Origin: Stylophora pistillata
Lineage: Eukaryota
Length of the DNA: 63,933 bases
Assembly (NCBI RefSeq): GCF_002571385.2
Contig: NW_019217964.1
Span: forward strand, 62,001-125,933
Direction of reading: 5' to 3'
Each line of letters starts with the position of its first letter. Positions within the stretch are counted from its first letter, which is position 1. The notes beneath the pieces are model-generated. The model saw only the letters and a program-made list of their open reading frames with translations, searched no databases and was not told the origin of the DNA. The position numbers were made by a program, and so were the translations under genes. This document shows, in pieces, positions 1-14,098 of this stretch.

Positions 1-759
1 TCATAACTGTTTCCTAAAGCAAGAAGGTACTAAGATTGTGAAGTCAGGCTTAAAATTCCACTGTTTTACTAATCGAGTATCTTTTAACATATTTATTTTT
101 CATTTTGAGCTCCTGGTCGGCATGGAAGACATGGAACGGAGAAACCTTTAAATCTCAAAGCTCATGTACGGTTAAACTGATCGAGGACTTTCAAATTAAT
201 CGCAGAGGAAATATTTTAGAGCGAGGCATTTGTCTGCCGACGTCATAAGCGTGCACAATAAGACTGGAATACGAGGTACAATCGCGCATATTGAATTTTG
301 TTTTAATGTCATTTTCATTGTTTGAAGCAACGTTGCGTGACAACCACACATCCAAAAAAAAAAATGCACCTTTCTTTTTGCTTTCCACATTTCTTCTAGC
401 CTACAAGCAGGCCCTCTTAGGCAAAAGCATTTCTTCGCTTACACTGCAGGGGATCAAGCCAGTTAAAAAAAAATCGATATGCGCGATTGTACCTCATATT
501 CCAGTCCTATTGTGCACGCTTATGACGACAGTAGACAAATGCCTCGCGCTAAAATATTACCTCCGCGATTAATTCGAAAGTCCTCGTTCAGTTTAACCGT
601 ACATGAGCTTTGGGGTTTAAAGGTTTCTCCGTTCCATGCCGACCAGGAGCTCAAAATGGAAAGTAAATATGTTAATAGATACTTGATTAGGAAAACAGTG
701 GAATTTTAAGCCCGACTTCATAATCTTAGTACCTTCTTGCTTTAGGAAACAGTCATGAT
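1..759. mobile_element. Foldback/MITE-like element with ~295-bp inverted arms, in intron 1 of MIase-like gene A
   Basis: 1-~295 is the near reverse complement of ~475-759 (tcataactgtttcctaaagcaagaagg vs ccttcttgctttaggaaacagtcatga); the left end may be cut by the window edge. Confidence 0.8.
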
Positions 760-1254
760 ATATGCGCATTATCAACCAAGCGTAGTGTCATGATAAAGAC
801 AACAGCTCCAAAAAGACTAAAGGGGCCGATACTTGACCATCCTGACACTACTCCTGGTCCAATACTAGATTTATTACACGATTAAAGAGACTCCTGAAAA
901 ATTAATTACTTACAAGGGACCAAAACGGGCGATCCCGAACTTGTAAATCCCGAGCGGGCAATCCCGGGCGACCACAACAGGTGCATCATCCCGCTGCTCA
1001 GGTGACCATTCAGAACTTAGCATACGCCCGCATACGCGGTTTAATCGGATTGTCTGCGTATGAAGCCTGTCGCGTTAGAAACAACCTTAACACCTCGGGC
1101 GCCCTTCTTCAAGAGATGCCCCAGAAAATTACAATAAAAGTTTTCTATGATCATGAACAATATCAGTGTCTCAGAAGATTGCACGCTCCCAAACGGGGGG
1201 ACGCTCATTTTAGAATGTAAGCATGTCTTTCTTATTATGATCTCATATTTTTAG

Positions 1255-4200
1255 ATATGCGGAGAAAATAAACTGATTGGAGGTGAGTGCGTTGGATTGG
1301 TCTTTTGTCACATTGTATCATAGAGAAAGTTTTTTCATATGATTCCTGCATCCTGACTGATTTTTTTTTTTTTTTTCAATTTTGGTCTGTTTTTTTTTTT
1401 CTTTTTTTTTTGGCTTGTTATTAATGAAGTCAGATTCTGAAGTGAGTGTGATTTAGGAAATGCTAGTTCTGAATATTTCTTTTTTTTTCAATATGCCTCA
1501 AGTGGCTGGATGGGATTGATATATTACAACCTCTAACAAAGTTTGTCCTTGAACAGGAGTTTTGAACCAAGTTCATAACTTAATTTGGCCACCGTTAAGA
1601 GTTTCTCAAGTGTACTTTTCGAGCGTTAGCCCCTCGTTTGACGAATTCACATTATCAACTCGGTTTATAAAACCAAATTATCTTGTAATACCCCCACCGA
1701 CGCAGCACCGCAGCTTTATTTAGAAACTTACCTCCTCAATTGATTTTATCCTTAAATAACTCAGCGTAATAAAAGCGTAATAACTCAGCGTAATAAAAGA
1801 ATATCTTCGTTAAAAGGGTCCGTCTCCAGGGTTTCACAGCTTCTGAGGCACACTTCTACCCAGTACTACTCGTTTATCGCCCCGTCCCAGTCCTCCGCTT
1901 TCCGGCGGTTCTTCCTGTACGTTGCTTAAGATTAAAATTTTATGCTTTTCGAATCTAACTTGCTATTTTGTATGTTGTATAATGTCAGTGCTCAGTGTGG
2001 AGACACCAGGACAACTGGACATTTGCTTTGCGACTCTGTTAAAGCAGCAAACAGAGGATATTCGCATCACCACTGAGGTGAAACCTTTCAGACCCTATGA
2101 GGATTTCGCTGGAACTGTTGCCGAGAGGTGTAATCGGAGCCTGGACGCTACTCATGTGGATAGCGTGACAAAAGAAGGATTGTATTACTTCCTGTGGTCT
2201 CGAGTCGAATACATGGGTATGTCCCTAATATATCAAGAATTATCATCCTTCTCTCTTCATCAGTCTGTTTGTGGCCAATTCAATATTTGGCCGGTCACGT
2301 GTCACGAAACGTACTTGAGGGCGTTCCAAGAAAATTCATATAACGCCAGTAGAGTGGCTTCTCTGTTCATGGTGTTTTGTCCATCTCTTTTATATTCTCT
2401 TCTATATTATCGTCCATGTACCTAAGCAACCAGCCAAGCGATGTACATGTTATCTTCGTCAGAAGAAGAATCAAGGCAGTCCACAACATGGTCTAAACTG
2501 TTTGAAAATATACTCAAATGTACTGAGAATGTTACGCAAATTTGTTTAAAAAATCCGAAAGTTTTTCCAGTTTTCGTACGTTAATATATGCAAAGCCGTT
2601 TTTTACGATAACTATTACATTGGACGTTTGTAATTAAACTGTAAAACAAAGACTGGTGAACTTTTATTCAGTGTTCCTCGGCGTGCTCCTGGTTTTCCCA
2701 CGTCATGTTCTCCCATAGGAAAATGATGCTCTCAGAGAAATGCGCATGCGCGTACTTCAACCCATGAGTCACACCACCAATTTCCTTCACAACAGTTTAC
2801 ATGTCATAGAAAAGGCTTTGTCCGTCGAATGTACAATCTTATGACTGTCTTTTTGTCTCTGAACTAGGCATAACTCAATTGGATCTTTGCAATACTTGGA
2901 CTGACGAAGCGATAGCTGCTATAAAAGCAAAGAAACTAGGGAATATCGTGGACTTATGGAAAGTGGTGGCAGAACGACAGGTAAGAAGCAGTCGTTAAAT
3001 GTTACAAAGTTAATTTCCAGTCGGTTTCACGAAAACCTCGAATTTAATTTGATGTCCAACGGTGGGCAGAACACTTTCATATAAACCTCGCCACCCCGAA
3101 TCTTGCAGAGCCTCAGTGGCAGAGAATCTCTCGAAGGGTCAAACGTCCATATCCGTTTGACTGGACTCAGATTTCCTCCACCTTCTATTTGTTTTTTTCT
3201 ATCAGTATGCTTGTATCCATGACTAAAAATCTTAATCTTTTAGGAAGAACTCCCTGACAACAAAACGACTCAAAGGGTGCTTCTTTTCGTCTTTGAGCTG
3301 AATCACCGTATGAACAGCACTGAAAAGGTGCAATGTTGCCTAAAAAACTTAATGAATTACGTCGACAGGTAGTAAGGTTTGAGCGCCTTCCCAATTTTTG
3401 GGTTTCAAAGTTCCATTCTTAGGTACTCAGGTTAAGATCTTAATTAGGAATGAAACTCATCCAAGATCACTCCTTATCATGGCAAGTTTCTTCCTGCCTT
3501 CTGTTCTGCGGAATGATGTAAATCAATATCTTGCAAAATCATCAAAGCGACTAAATAAAGTCGTGTTTTGGTTTCTTTCTCCGGGAGAGTTTTCCGGTTA
3601 CATGAAGTGCATGTTTTTGAACAACAACTCCCAGTCCGTACAGCAGGATACAGTCATGCATGTATAAAATTGAACCGTCATCCTGTCATTCATTAGATTA
3701 CAGTTTTGACGACCAATGTGGGAGTCATCATTAGAGTGATGTCAGCGATTGTTTGTGAGTCGGTCCCTTTTGAGTCGACCCTTCATCAAATGGTCCCTCG
3801 CCTTGAGATTTTGAAGACAATCAGGGAGTCAATTATTTCAGTTTACTTTACAATCGGAGCCGAATGCTTGCTGAACGGTATATATATCACGATTTCGTCG
3901 CATACATTATCTTCTTTAAAGTCTCTTTCTCCCATCCCGTTATTTAACAAATGGTAAACTCCACAGCATACACTATTGAGTTGTGGATGCACTTGAGAGG
4001 TTGCTAAGCACAAAAGAAGCGTGAGAGTCGCTCGAGGTGATAGGCGAGAGCGACTCTAGCTTCTTGAGTGCTTAACAAACCTCCCAAGTGCATCCATAAC
4101 TCAATAGTGTACGCTGTGGTGTTTACCAGTTGTTTTATAACATGACATTGATACATTGTAGCTAAAGAGTTCCCTTTTATTTAACAAATCTTTCGTGACC

Positions 4201-4688
4201 AGAAAAAAACAAGCATTTGCTCACGTCAGCAGCGTATACCCATGGGAAAATGGGGGACGCTAAATTGACCAATCAGAGCGCGCGCTTTGCTTTGGTTATG
4301 TTATAAAATTAGCTCGTCCTGTATGTGCTCAGTGTTGGAACAGACTTACTTAGACCGTTTTCTATTAGGGCGACTTCCCCGGCTGCCTTTTCTCCTTTCC
4401 CCCAGTGGAAAAACATAGGGACTAATCTCGTTTCCCCCCATGCTCCTGTTTTCTTTCAAGCCTCTCCCATAACCATAAAGTGTTAAGTCACCTCTAAATT
4501 TACGTTATCAAACTTAATTCCTACAGGTTTGGGTGATTGTGCGCATGAACAGTCTGAAGGACGCGGACGAGCTTTTAACATTCGATCTTCCGATCTTAAA
4601 GAAAATGGGCGCTCAAGTTTACACCAAGTGCAAGTCTATAAGGCCAGTCAGCCAATGGATCGAAGATCTTAAGAAACTGGTTTCTTAG
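1255..4688 (+). CDS. Tandem muconolactone-isomerase-like protein, paralog A (5'-partial). Exons 1255-1282, 1989-2216, 2868-2980, 4527-4688
   Basis: All introns GT-AG with consistent phases. Exon sizes 28/228/113/162 match paralogs B and C. Reads ICGENKLIGVLSVETPGQLD...EYMGITQLDLCNTWTDEAIAAIKAKKLGNIVDLWKVVAERQVWVIVRMNSLKDADELLTFDLPILKKMGAQVYTKCKSIRPVSQWIEDLKKLVS*. Exon 1 was not found in the window. Confidence 0.85.
1585..1735. repeat. Degenerate Penelope-like terminal repeat fragment
   Basis: Shares ttggccaccgt, tcgagcgttagccc and cccccaccgacgcagc blocks with the 22060-22180 repeat; another decayed copy lies at 33135-33300. Confidence 0.55.
3945..4306. mobile_element. Palindromic MITE-like repeat (inverted copy at 31314-31700; decayed copy ~27410-27570)
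   Basis: ~190-bp hairpin aacaaatggtaaac...gtttaccagttgtt plus an adjacent segment; a near-identical reverse-complement copy lies in the SID-c intron. Confidence 0.8.
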
Positions 4689-6669
4689 CTAAATGGTGTA
4701 ATCCTGTAATTTTTAGTGTTAGGGTTAGATTAAAGTGAGATATTCCACTGTCAACAGTTCCTCTACAGTTCCTCTATACAGTCAACCCTGCATTAAGCCG
4801 CACCGTAATAAGCGGTCGGTTGTCAAGGTCCCGAATTTGTTTTCATCTCAGTCTACTTATAGCAGTCACCTCCATTGAAGCGGACGTTGTCACCTTTGAG
4901 TGAGTCCCAAAGGCCCGTTTGAATTTTCTTCCACCTTTATATTGAACGGTCACTTAAAGTGGAACCACTCCAACGAAACTAAGAATAATCTTTCAAGTAA
5001 AATTTAATCCATGTTTCTCTCCCGAAACCAATGGTAATAGTTCTTTTTTTTTTTTTTTAAGGGTGCTCTTGTACATGATTGGTCAATTACGACATAAAAT
5101 TGCGTTTCTTATCGTTTTTAACCTCTATTCTGTTGAACCTCTACTGAACGGTCATCTCGTCATTCCCAGTTTGACTGTATTTCCCTTTCGTTTACCCTCC
5201 ACCGAAAAATTCTACCCCTTCAACATTAATTCCTTTTCAAAACCCATTATAAAGGTAATGAACTGTGTTACGGGAAAACATCACAGGCTGTTAATACATT
5301 AACAGGGAATTATCTTCCACTTCCTTTTCTTATTTGTGTGAAGCCACAGAATTTCCCTCACAGGGGGCGCAGCTTCACAAAGGCCATTGTTATCGAAAAC
5401 ACGGAATATCCTTTCACTCTTTGAGGGGCTTGATGGAACTTGGGGAGAAAGAACTAAACTACTCTAGCTAGGTTATAAGGCGACAAGCCGTGTTTCGTTC
5501 AAAAACATTTTTCCATCCCCCACCCTCTCCCGTACTAGGTTTGCACTCAACTCAGAGCTGTGTTATCCATGACTCCGTGAATCGACAATGCATCGCATGA
5601 ATGGCGCATAGCCGCTGATACAGGTGTTAGGATTAAGCACATTTGAAACCAGGGGTGTAAATCGCATTATCAAAGTATAAACTACGGTAGTTAGTAAAGA
5701 CAGGCCAAGGGTTCAGACTATTAAAATAGAACTTCGGAAACTTTGAATTTTTAGCAACAAGTAATACGACAGATGTCTTGCTGGGGAAGAAAATTTCAGC
5801 TTTGACATTTAGAAAAAAAGAATAAAAAGTTGGTGATGGAAATAAATCCATGTTTTTCTTTCCACATATGCAACGAACACTCCCGGGTCGATTGCGTGTG
5901 TTTTGTTCAAAGTTTAAATTTCCGGCTGTAATTTAGTTCCCACTGATTAAACATTCTCTCGATAGCGGTTATTAACTCGAGCAATCTACTTGTCACTGCA
6001 CTGCCTCAAGAGGGATACAAAATTAGCGGATTTCTTATGTCTTTATTTTTGCCGATAATTGCCCCTGTGCCGGGTAAAGGAACATCGCATTAAGTTTTCT
6101 GTCAATTCCACGTTTTGTTCCAAATGGACAATTCACTTCCAGACCTTCGACTGGTAACGATTTTTACTGACACGTAAAGAACACAAACTGAACAGTCTCC
6201 GTCCGGTATGATAACTAGCGGCGTTCTCGGTTTTTATCAAGCACTTCGATAGGAAGAGGGGAATAGAGAAGAAAGTTCACCTTCTCGGACGGTCATTTCT
6301 CGTTCATTTGTGCTCGACAGACTTCCAAAACAAAACCTGCTCGTACATAATCATAATTATAATTCTCTAACTTCCAGGTGAAAGAATGTTGGCAAATTAT
6401 CTAACGTCTGTTCAGGTGTTCCCGGAACTGACTGAATCCGTTCTTGAATTTTGACACGATTCAAGAGGTTTAGCTGGCGTTGACTGGCTTGATTACCGGT
6501 GAATTATTCCGGCGTAGATTCCGGAAGATTGATATTTATAGTTAGTGAATGTCACCTTGTTGAATTATTGGTATCGCTAATTCTTTTGTCCAAGTCTCGC
6601 ATTCATCTCAGGGTTATCAGGAGCCCATCACTTATCAAAGTCTCGGATTTGTATTTATGGTCGAGGGCC

Positions 6670-6830
6670 TCTGAGGCGGATCCAGGGGTGGTTCGGTAGA
6701 ACCCCCTAAATTATCCCTTAAAATGCTAGAAATCATGTTTCCGAAGACCTAATTTTCAAAATCTTCCGGGGGAGCATGCCCTCGGACAATTCTCCGAACC
6801 CCTCTTGACTAAATCCTGGATCCGCCCCAG
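6670..6830. mobile_element. Short MITE
   Basis: Terminal inverted repeats ggcggatccagg ... cctggatccgcc. Confidence 0.6.
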
Positions 6831-7250
6831 GGCCTCAATCAAAAAGGTAGCGAGAAAGGCCCAAAGGTATTCGTCGTTGTGAGCCGGGACCAATTTCTGT
6901 CTTTGATCACTGTCGTTTGAAAGTATTGCGATGAAGAGGGTGAAATATCGCAAAATGAGAAAAGTCATCAAATTATTAAATTCAAATTAATTATTATCAA
7001 ATTATTAGATTCTCGGCTGAAAGCCATTGTTGTTTATTAAAAGATAGTCCAATAAAAAAGGATGATTTCTGTTAAAATAAAGGAATGCAATATATATGCG
7101 AATTGTGAAAATACCGTAGTACAGGGAAAGGTGACTTGAGTTACACTTATAAATAGCGCCTGGTTAACACTTTCGTGACCCACCTAAATTACGGTAACAT
7201 GAAATAATTTATTTAACACCTTCTCACTTCATTCAGGGAGAATGTTTTCT

Positions 7251-7345
7251 ATGACGTCATTTTCCGCCCGGGAAGTCCGCGAGTTCGCGCGATTTTTTTC
7301 CTTCCGTTTGCCCACAGGGTAGCGTAGAGCGAGGGAAAGGTGAAC
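7251..7345. promoter_or_regulatory. CpG-rich promoter-like patch (CRE palindrome plus ETS/E2F-like motifs)
   Basis: ATGACGTCAT followed by TTTCCGCCC, GGAAGT and TTCGCGCG in AT-rich surroundings, ~3.3 kb upstream of GPCR-1. Confidence 0.3.
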
Positions 7346-10300
7346 CTTGATAATATGAGGCTTTGGGATTTAAAATTATATACACAATATAAACGGTACA
7401 ATATACAGTAAAAAACGGTTTTTGCAGTAGTTGGAAAATTGGGTAAAACGAGGTCAGGACATTCGATTTCTTACATGGCTTTAAAAATACGACGAAAGAT
7501 TTTCTTAATCGGATTTGCTGTAGCATTTCCTCGCAGATGCCTGTTCAGTGTTTCCATTTCCCCTTGACCTGACGTTTTGAGTGGTTAACTTGTGTTTCAT
7601 CCCGTACTTTGTCCGCAATCTCAGCCCATTTTTTAAACGCCAAGAAAAGGCTAGAATGGTGTCGTGGACTTAACATGTCCGATTCTCTAACAGCCCGCTC
7701 CGTTCCTATCCCTCCACAGAATGTAACTCCTCGAGTATTAAAAAGCTTGCAGTGCCACCTTAAATGTTTGGTCGTAACGTGATTATATGAAAGCTATTCA
7801 GTCCGTGGCTACGGGTGAGACAGTGACGAAAGAAATCTTGGCCTTTACTCCGATGACGACACATCACAGTCAAAAACATGCAAGTTATGTCACAAGCTCA
7901 TGTTCCTCTCCCCATTCCCTCCTTTGACGTCATCAAAGAATCAACTAAGAGGAATCCGCTTTTCTTTTAAGAAGGGCATTCAATACATTTCAATTCTTGA
8001 AAAAAAAACGGCCTTGGCTACATTGAAGAAGACGTGACAATCCTCTTTGATAATCACCAATTTGTTATACATTGTTCAAATAACCTGCTTATATTAGAAC
8101 CAGACATTTCTTAAGTGGCTAACGTTTACTTCACCGGCCGCAGTCAGATGTTTTTACATCTTGCCATAATTCAGCCATAAATCGCCAATATCATGTGAAG
8201 AATGCTCTGTATGTGGTCTCAAAACTTCGTCTTAAAATTGCGTTTATTAGATTCGCACATGGCGAAGAAAGATTAGAAATTTTACCGAGTAAATCTCATA
8301 AACCATTCGTAAGAAGCTTTTCGTAAAAGCCATTAATGAAGATATAAGATGCATGGCGTTCTCTCCTTGAACATTTTATCAACAACAACAGTGAACAATA
8401 CACCAATCCACCTCAGATCAATACAACTCATTATTGAAGTATTTATAGCTGCTATAACTGTCAGCCGAGAAAAAAACCCACGAACACACTAGACAATATT
8501 TTGTAACCTCCGATCAATGTTTTGAACCAACAACGGGTGAAAACGAAGCACAATACCGGATCTGTGGCCTGGCACACCCTCCAGTAAAACTAAAAAACGT
8601 GTTTTCGTCTTTACGAAAGAAAAATGAGCCACCTAACAATGAACGGAACTCGATAGTGAGAGCATAATTAAGTGATTACATTCGGCACCGATATACATCA
8701 GTCGTATTAAGTGTTGAAAACTTGTTAGAGTAAATTTGCGTGGTTAGTTAAATCAATAAGATTTATCAGTTGATCAACAACTCATTGCTGAGGTATTTCG
8801 TCTGTATAGGCCGTCCGTTTCAAACTTCCTTCTTGTGGGGAGCACGCCAGCTCGATACAAGAAGAAATCACATAATAATAACAGCGAGCCAAATGAATTT
8901 GGACAATGACTGAACTTATTTTGGCGGCCAGATATAATTCATCTGCCGGTTATAACCCAACATAATTCTGAGATTTTTTTTAATTTTCCCCTTTACAAGG
9001 AGCTAAACCTTAAGAGCTCTATTCCAAGGCTTAACGACTCAGTATGATATCGATCGACAATGAAGCCCAGTACTAAGCTTGTGTCAAAGTGGCCGGATCA
9101 AAAAACCATTAAGAAAATTAATGACTGGAACATGGATAATTATCTTAGGGCAGGGGAAGTGTAACAAAGAAACTAAAAAAAACCTTCTGTAAGATTGAGA
9201 ATGCCATCGAGTTCAACTTTTAGATGCTGAAGCCGTTAGCTCAACATGCAAATCTAAAAGGAAACTTGAAAGGTGTGACTCAAAGGTCTTCCTCTCCTCC
9301 GGCGGTCAAATTCCAGGTGTATCAACTTTCTGATGTGTGCAATCTAGACAATCTAGACTGACGAAAATAGCGCTAGTGACGTCTGGCTTTCTTTTCAATT
9401 TGTTAGCCATTAAAAGATAACGTAATTTAAAACAGATTTGAGTTAAAGATCCATCAAAGTAAACTTTCGCTAATCTGGATTTTTATTTTTAGTTAGAAAT
9501 TAGCTTTCAAAACAATTCGATTCAAACAATTTCAAGCTACCATGCCGTTTTAAAAGTGTGTCTATGTCTGCGTCACGTTGTGGGTGGTAACTGAAGATGC
9601 AATCTGTGGTTTAGGGAAAGTTCTTTTTTTTCTTACGAAATTTTCACAACTGTACAACTGTCTTTTGAAGTCTGAAAGCAATGGGTGAGTAGTAAATCGA
9701 AGACAAAAACAAAAACAAAAGAAAACAACGACTTCTAAGGGATTCAAAAGGGCGTGCGAAAACGCCTGACGAAAAAAAATATATTTTAAAAAAATTTGTA
9801 CTGACTAATGACCTTCTCTCCGTGACATAATTACTTGGACTTCACTCTTTGAGTCCCTCAGAGAACTTTGAATCGTACCTAGAATTTTCTTCTCGTAAAC
9901 CTTCAAAGGTTTTGCCGGTACACAAAATATTACTGGGGTTCTGAAAGAAAACTGATCACATTTTGGCAAGTAATGATATTTGGAGCTCATCACTGGAAAC
10001 TAAGCTGGCGGTGTGTGAACCCAGCTCTAATGCAATTTTATGAATGACTACCTGCACGCAAAAGGGAACTGAAGTACTCAAAAGAAAGCCACTTCTCGAT
10101 TTCTTTTATCAAAGGCTTGTTCTTGAAACAATCTTGGCTTTGCCACATCCTGACCGCTTGCTCAAAGTGGACGAGTTTAATATTTTAAATAGACGCGCCC
10201 AGTGATCTCATCAAAGAGATTCGAATTATTAATTGCCGCAGGAAACGGCATGAATATATTACTCATCGTTGTTTGCGAGTCACGCATCTCATGAAATTGT

Positions 10301-10601
10301 AATTTGAACTAACATGTTACGCGCTTTTGTTCTTGGTTCTACATTGTATTCACACGAGGATTTAAGGTCCCGACCGCAACTGTCATTAGTAAACTCCGGT
10401 TATCCAAGTGGGCGCCATACCGGAAACTATCACTACACGTGACGAAAGAGAAATGCTCATTACTAAAGTATTAGGTAAATATCTTTTACGTTATTGGAAT
10501 ACGGTCAGTTGGGGGTCAGTCATCGTTGAACGTACACCGTTCGTACTAGAATTCAAGGGGAAGAATTTCTTCGTAATCATTGTTATCAAGAAATCATCGC
10601 A

Positions 10602-11564
10602 ATGGATCACGCTGTAAATGATTCACAGCCTTGCCAGTTGTCTGATGGCCATATCAGTGGATTACTGTCCGTAAACATCTTATCAATGATTATTGGCACA
10701 ATTGGTAATTTATTGGTGATTGGAACAGTATTCACGAATGCCAGTTTACAGATCATTTCCAATTACTGGTTAGCAAGCATGGCTGTGGCTGATTTGATGG
10801 TAACGGCGCTCAGTCAACCGTTGTTTTCCACTTTCCTTGGTCTGCAGTTACGCGACGAATGCCACGAATTTGTTTCTCAGGCATTCCGTTTGATCGCCAA
10901 CATGTCGTGCTCCGCGTCTGTTCTTCATCTCTGCCTGATAAGCATTGATCGATGCCTAGTGATTCTGCGGCCCCATGATTTTCGAAGCTACCGCACCAAA
11001 AAACGATTCAAAATCGCTCTGGTTTTCTCGTGGACTTTGCCGGTGATCTATGGGATCTTACGTGTGACCGTGAGCAAGAAAGGCACTTCTTATTTCACAG
11101 TCGCAGCTGTTGGTATCTGTTATCTGATTATCATTTTGTGCTACAGTTTGATCATTTTTAAAGTCCGAAAACAAGGTTCGGCCACTCTCAAGCGGTTGCG
11201 TGGACAGTCACGTAGGAGTACACCTTCTGAACACATGGTTGAGCGTCGCGTGACAGTCACGATAGCCATAGTTGTCGTTATTTTCACAATTTGTTGGTTT
11301 CCTCTCCTTTACCTGCGCTCTGCTTTCGCAGAAGCAAATTTTGGCGCGGCTTATAACTGGGCGAGGACTCTGGCTTTAAGCAATTCGTCGATGAATCCTT
11401 GGATCTATTGCTTTCGTATCGCTGAGTTTCGTGACGCTTACAGAAGATTGATGAAATGTCAGTGGAAACCAAGCACAGTGTGTCGCGGTGGAACAGGAGA
11501 TCGAGAACAGAACGATTTAGACACAACAAAGTCTAGTGAGTTAGACAACCAAAATAGTGTTTGA
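10602..11564 (+). CDS. Intronless class A (rhodopsin-like) orphan GPCR-1, 320 aa
   Basis: Seven hydrophobic segments with GNLLV (TM1), SMAVADL (TM2), IDRC (DRY variant), CWFP (TM6) and NPWIY (TM7); N-terminal NDS sequon. Confidence 0.95.
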   Translation: MDHAVNDSQPCQLSDGHISGLLSVNILSMIIGTIGNLLVIGTVFTNASLQIISNYWLASMAVADLMVTALSQPLFSTFLGLQLRDECHEFVSQAFRLIANMSCSASVLHLCLISIDRCLVILRPHDFRSYRTKKRFKIALVFSWTLPVIYGILRVTVSKKGTSYFTVAAVGICYLIIILCYSLIIFKVRKQGSATLKRLRGQSRRSTPSEHMVERRVTVTIAIVVVIFTICWFPLLYLRSAFAEANFGAAYNWARTLALSNSSMNPWIYCFRIAEFRDAYRRLMKCQWKPSTVCRGGTGDREQNDLDTTKSSELDNQNSV

Positions 11565-14098
11565 TCTGACTGCTTTGTCACTGACTTTCTGGCTCAAAAT
11601 AACTGTCAGAATTTGTAAAATATTTCATAATGGTTGTGGTAAAATATATGCGGCATTCTCTGAGTCAGAGTGTAATTCAAAAATAACAGTTCGGTTTTGA
11701 GTTATATTTTGATATCTGATCAGTTTGTACAAATGGAACGGAAGGAAGAAGTCGAGCTCTTGAACAATTTGGTACAAAAGAAAATGACGATAGCATCCTT
11801 TAAGTTTAATATTCTTTTAGATAAATGTATATTAAATATTAGTTGTTCTTTGCTGTCACGAAATGATTCACGGAAGAGTCTGCTTAGAGCTTCTATCAAA
11901 AACTTCACAAACGAGACACGACAATCGGTTTTTTTTTCTGCGCCGTCTCGGTTGGGATTTTTACAATTTATTGTTTTCGTTTTGTGCTGGGATTTTGTCC
12001 ACTAACGGTTGTATTAAGTTTGGGAAGTTATCTTTTTGCAGAATATTGATTGTTTGTTGTGTTTTTTTTTTGGTGAATAAAGAAAACATGATATTAATCT
12101 TACTACAGATCCTTTCAGTCTAATCACGAATTGAATGTGATAGACGATCCACTGTGAAATTTTCATATCTTTATTCACCTCAACTACATTTCCCGCTTTA
12201 AAGTAATCTTACGTGATTGCTTTGCTTTCATTGAAAGAACTCAAAACAAAGTTTGTTATTTTTCTTGCCAAAGTCCAAACATGTTTGACGTCAGGCAGTA
12301 AACCACAAGTAAAATCAATAGGATTAAAGATTTTAACAAACTGCCATAATATAAACAACCAAGCTTTTCTACGGTTTGTACCTCTTTCGCAAGTTCGTTT
12401 CGTGGCCTTGCTCTCATATAGATCTATATCACTTAATACAAAGCAGTGACCCTGAGAGCTAACACTCGCTCATGGAGGTAAGCGACATATAGATTATTGG
12501 AAACTCAAAGGAAAAAGAGTAGTTCAGTTCACTTGACCCTCAATCTTTCGTTACCTTAAGCTTCCGTTAACTACAACGCGGGCACGAGAAGCGCAATTCT
12601 CATTTTCCCAACAGCCGTTCAAGGGAACGAGGACTTGTTCGATTCTCCTGTAATTACGCTCGGCCCAAAATGTACCAGATTTTTTTTACCCCGTCGGTTT
12701 TCTAAACAAATTTAATCTCTTGCCCCCAATCATGATGAGTAAGAAATGAAAAGAAAACCAAGGTCAGGGGAACAAAGGACATGATCATCAACTTTAGAAC
12801 CGCTTGATTGTTAAACGGATTCTCCTCGTCAGTAGCATCGGAAATATATAGGGAATAATATTGAGAAGATGTATATTGATCTTAAGGTGTATATATTAAA
12901 CAAAGCCAGAGCCAGATGGCAATCTTTTGTTTTTGTCATTGTTTTGTCTAATGAGGTCTGTGGCTTTGCGGAGATCTTGTCAAATATTGTGTTCATAAGC
13001 AACAATAACGAATCAAATTATATTGTCTTTTCTCCTAGACAGCCGAAGTGATCATTAATCCCCTTTAAGTTTTTAAGTCTCAAAATTGATAAAGATTTAG
13101 CTTCTCCCCATGCATCATCCGGCAAACAGGCAATGAGAATATTCAAATGACTGGTCTGTTGCTTTGGACCTTATGACAGTGACCAGATACAATCAAATTT
13201 CACACATAAATCATTTATTGCTAGCATATTCTTTATCAGCTCTATCTTTCAATCATTTGGAAACAGTTTTTCAAAATCATGGCTATTTCATAGCTTCCTA
13301 CATATTTCAAATATAACTAGCAACACTAGATCACAAGAATTACATTGGTATACATATGAATAAATGACGGCGCTAATTTGATTAGCGGTACATCTGGATA
13401 CGAATAATAAAGTGATACAGTGAAATGATTTGAGGCATTACAGAGTATACATATGCACTACTGAATAATACAAATAAACCTTTGATTTTGAATTTCTGAA
13501 GTGAAATAGTAGTGAAATTAAAACACATCACAATTAAGAAAACTACCGAAATGTATTATGTATGATATGAAATCAAAACAGTCGGATTAACTTTTTTTGA
13601 TTTTAAGTTTTCTAAGATAACAACTGATAATAATGGATATAAAATTGACAGTTTCTAAAGTGAATCATGTGTGTATTGTAGTAGTTATCGATCTAATCAA
13701 TGTCGAACTAACGTTGAATATTTTTCTGCATTTTTTTCAAGTTCCAAAAATTTGGAATTCCTTACCCAAAGACATTAGGTATTCTGAAACTTTTGCATCT
13801 TTTAAAGACGTCTTCGACGTGTTTTGTTAAATCAATAGAAATACTGAGATTGGTGGTTTAGCAAAAGAAATGTTCCCAATGAACGCTTATCGCTTACATA
13901 TACGCATGTTTTTTTTTCATTTTGCTTTTAGGCTTCCCTCGTACAAGCCCCGTGATTTCTGGAGGTCCCCTTTCCATCTGTTAAAGTATTGTGATAATTT
14001 TGTAATATAAAACACATTTCTCTTCATGAATGGCTAAGAAAACTTGCATTGTATTGTACTGTAACTTGACTTCACTGTTATGAGATTTTCTCTATCAA

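Noticed and set aside
191-709. Paired similar ORFs on opposite strands
   Set aside because: A by-product of the inverted-repeat arms of the foldback element.
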